From IMG/VR virus record IMGVR_UViG_3300005529_000066, positions 1 through 40,123 of that record: DNA of 40,123 nt; one strand, given 5' to 3'. Under the pieces are notes generated by a model. The model was not told where the DNA came from, made no database searches, and worked only from the letters and a program-made list of their open reading frames with translations. Origin of the DNA: a virus. The stretch's first letter is position 1, and each line of letters begins with the position of its first letter. The position numbers and the translations under genes were made by a program. Positions 39,804 through 40,123 of the stretch are shown piece after piece.

Positions 39804-40123
39804 TACTTAGAGGCGAGCCAGCGAAGCTGGCGAGCCAATACGGCTACGGCTCCGGCTACGGCTCCGGCTACGGCTCCGGCTACGGCTCCGGCTCCGGCTC
39901 CGGCTCCGGCTACGGCTCCGGCTCCGGCTCCGGCTCCGGCTACGGCTCCGGCTCCGGCTACGGCGACGGCGACGGCTACGGCTCCGGCTCCGGCTACGGC
40001 TACGGCTACGGCTACGGCTACGGCGACGGCGACGGCTACGGCTACGGCTACGGCTACGGCGACGGCGACGGCTACGGCGACGGCTACGGCGACGGCTACG
40101 GCGACGGCTACGGCGACGGCTAC
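39800..40123 (+). CDS. 5' part of Gly-Tyr/Ser/Asp repeat protein (continues at 1..473)
   Basis: GTG 39800 in GTGA overlap with the upstream stop; in-frame ATGs at 39776 and 39752 are also open. Reads VILRGEPAKLASQ-(YG/SG/DG)n to the last base. Not in the track because it has no stop inside the window. Confidence 0.7.
   Translation, partial: MILRGEPAKLASQYGYGSGYGSGYGSGYGSGSGSGSGYGSGSGSGSGYGSGSGYGDGDGYGSGSGYGYGYGYGYGDGDGYGYGYGYGDGDGYGDGYGDGYGDGYGDGY
39839..40123 (+). repeat. Coding tandem array of GGC-TAC / GGC-TCC / GGC-GAC hexamers (95 codons)
   Basis: Blocks run GYGS x4, GSGS runs, GYGY runs, then GYGD x4-5. The last 62 nt equal the first 62 nt of the window. Confidence 0.95.

Noticed and set aside
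39839-40123. Highly regular short repeats that could superficially suggest a CRISPR array or satellite.
   Set aside because: The period is 6/12 nt with no spacers. The array is in frame and continuous with flanking unique coding sequence, so it is a coding low-complexity repeat.

Overview
The window reads as a complete ~40-kb temperate, short-tailed (podovirus-like) dsDNA phage genome from a high-GC alphaproteobacterial host. A GcrA homologue supports that host assignment. The sequence is opened inside a coding tandem repeat: one Gly-Tyr repeat gene runs off both ends, and the first and last 62 nt are identical. The molecule is therefore circular or circularly permuted. Layout: (i) A + strand early, recombination and DNA-modification arm runs from a repressor-controlled promoter at ~37.4 kb, across the junction, to ~9.2 kb. 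It carries a Rad52-type annealase, NinB, HNH, the GY-repeat protein, C5 and amino DNA methyltransferases, two DUF551-like proteins, an excisionase-like protein, a tyrosine integrase, an attP candidate, an ASCH protein and many small ORFs. (ii) A - strand late arm runs from 32.8 to 9.0 kb. It carries TerL, portal, scaffold, major capsid, adaptor/tail proteins, three large internal-virion-type proteins, a beta-helix-like fibre and a lysozyme-based lysis cassette. (iii) A - strand early-left arm runs from 36.8 to 33.6 kb. It carries a Cro-like protein, an HTH protein, GcrA, RusA and an iteron-containing replication gene. Most gene junctions are ATGA/TGATG overlaps, and I used these to refine start codons. 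Most worth a second look: (1) a conserved ~48-nt promoter module built around TGATCAGTGCATTG, in 3 copies plus an inverted pair; (2) a self-contained promoter, RBS, 14-codon Arg-rich ORF and terminator unit between portal and head genes; (3) a ~375-bp insertion bounded by 16-bp direct repeats and carrying a 22-26-bp long-range inverted repeat; (4) an ~800-nt non-coding gap upstream of terL with no recognisable terS; (5) a three-operator immunity switch with apparently leaderless divergent genes; (6) a 37-aa hydrophobic peptide gene antisense to the early-left operon; (7) Sec-type signal peptides on structural-module proteins. All function calls come from motif recognition by eye; no database search was possible.
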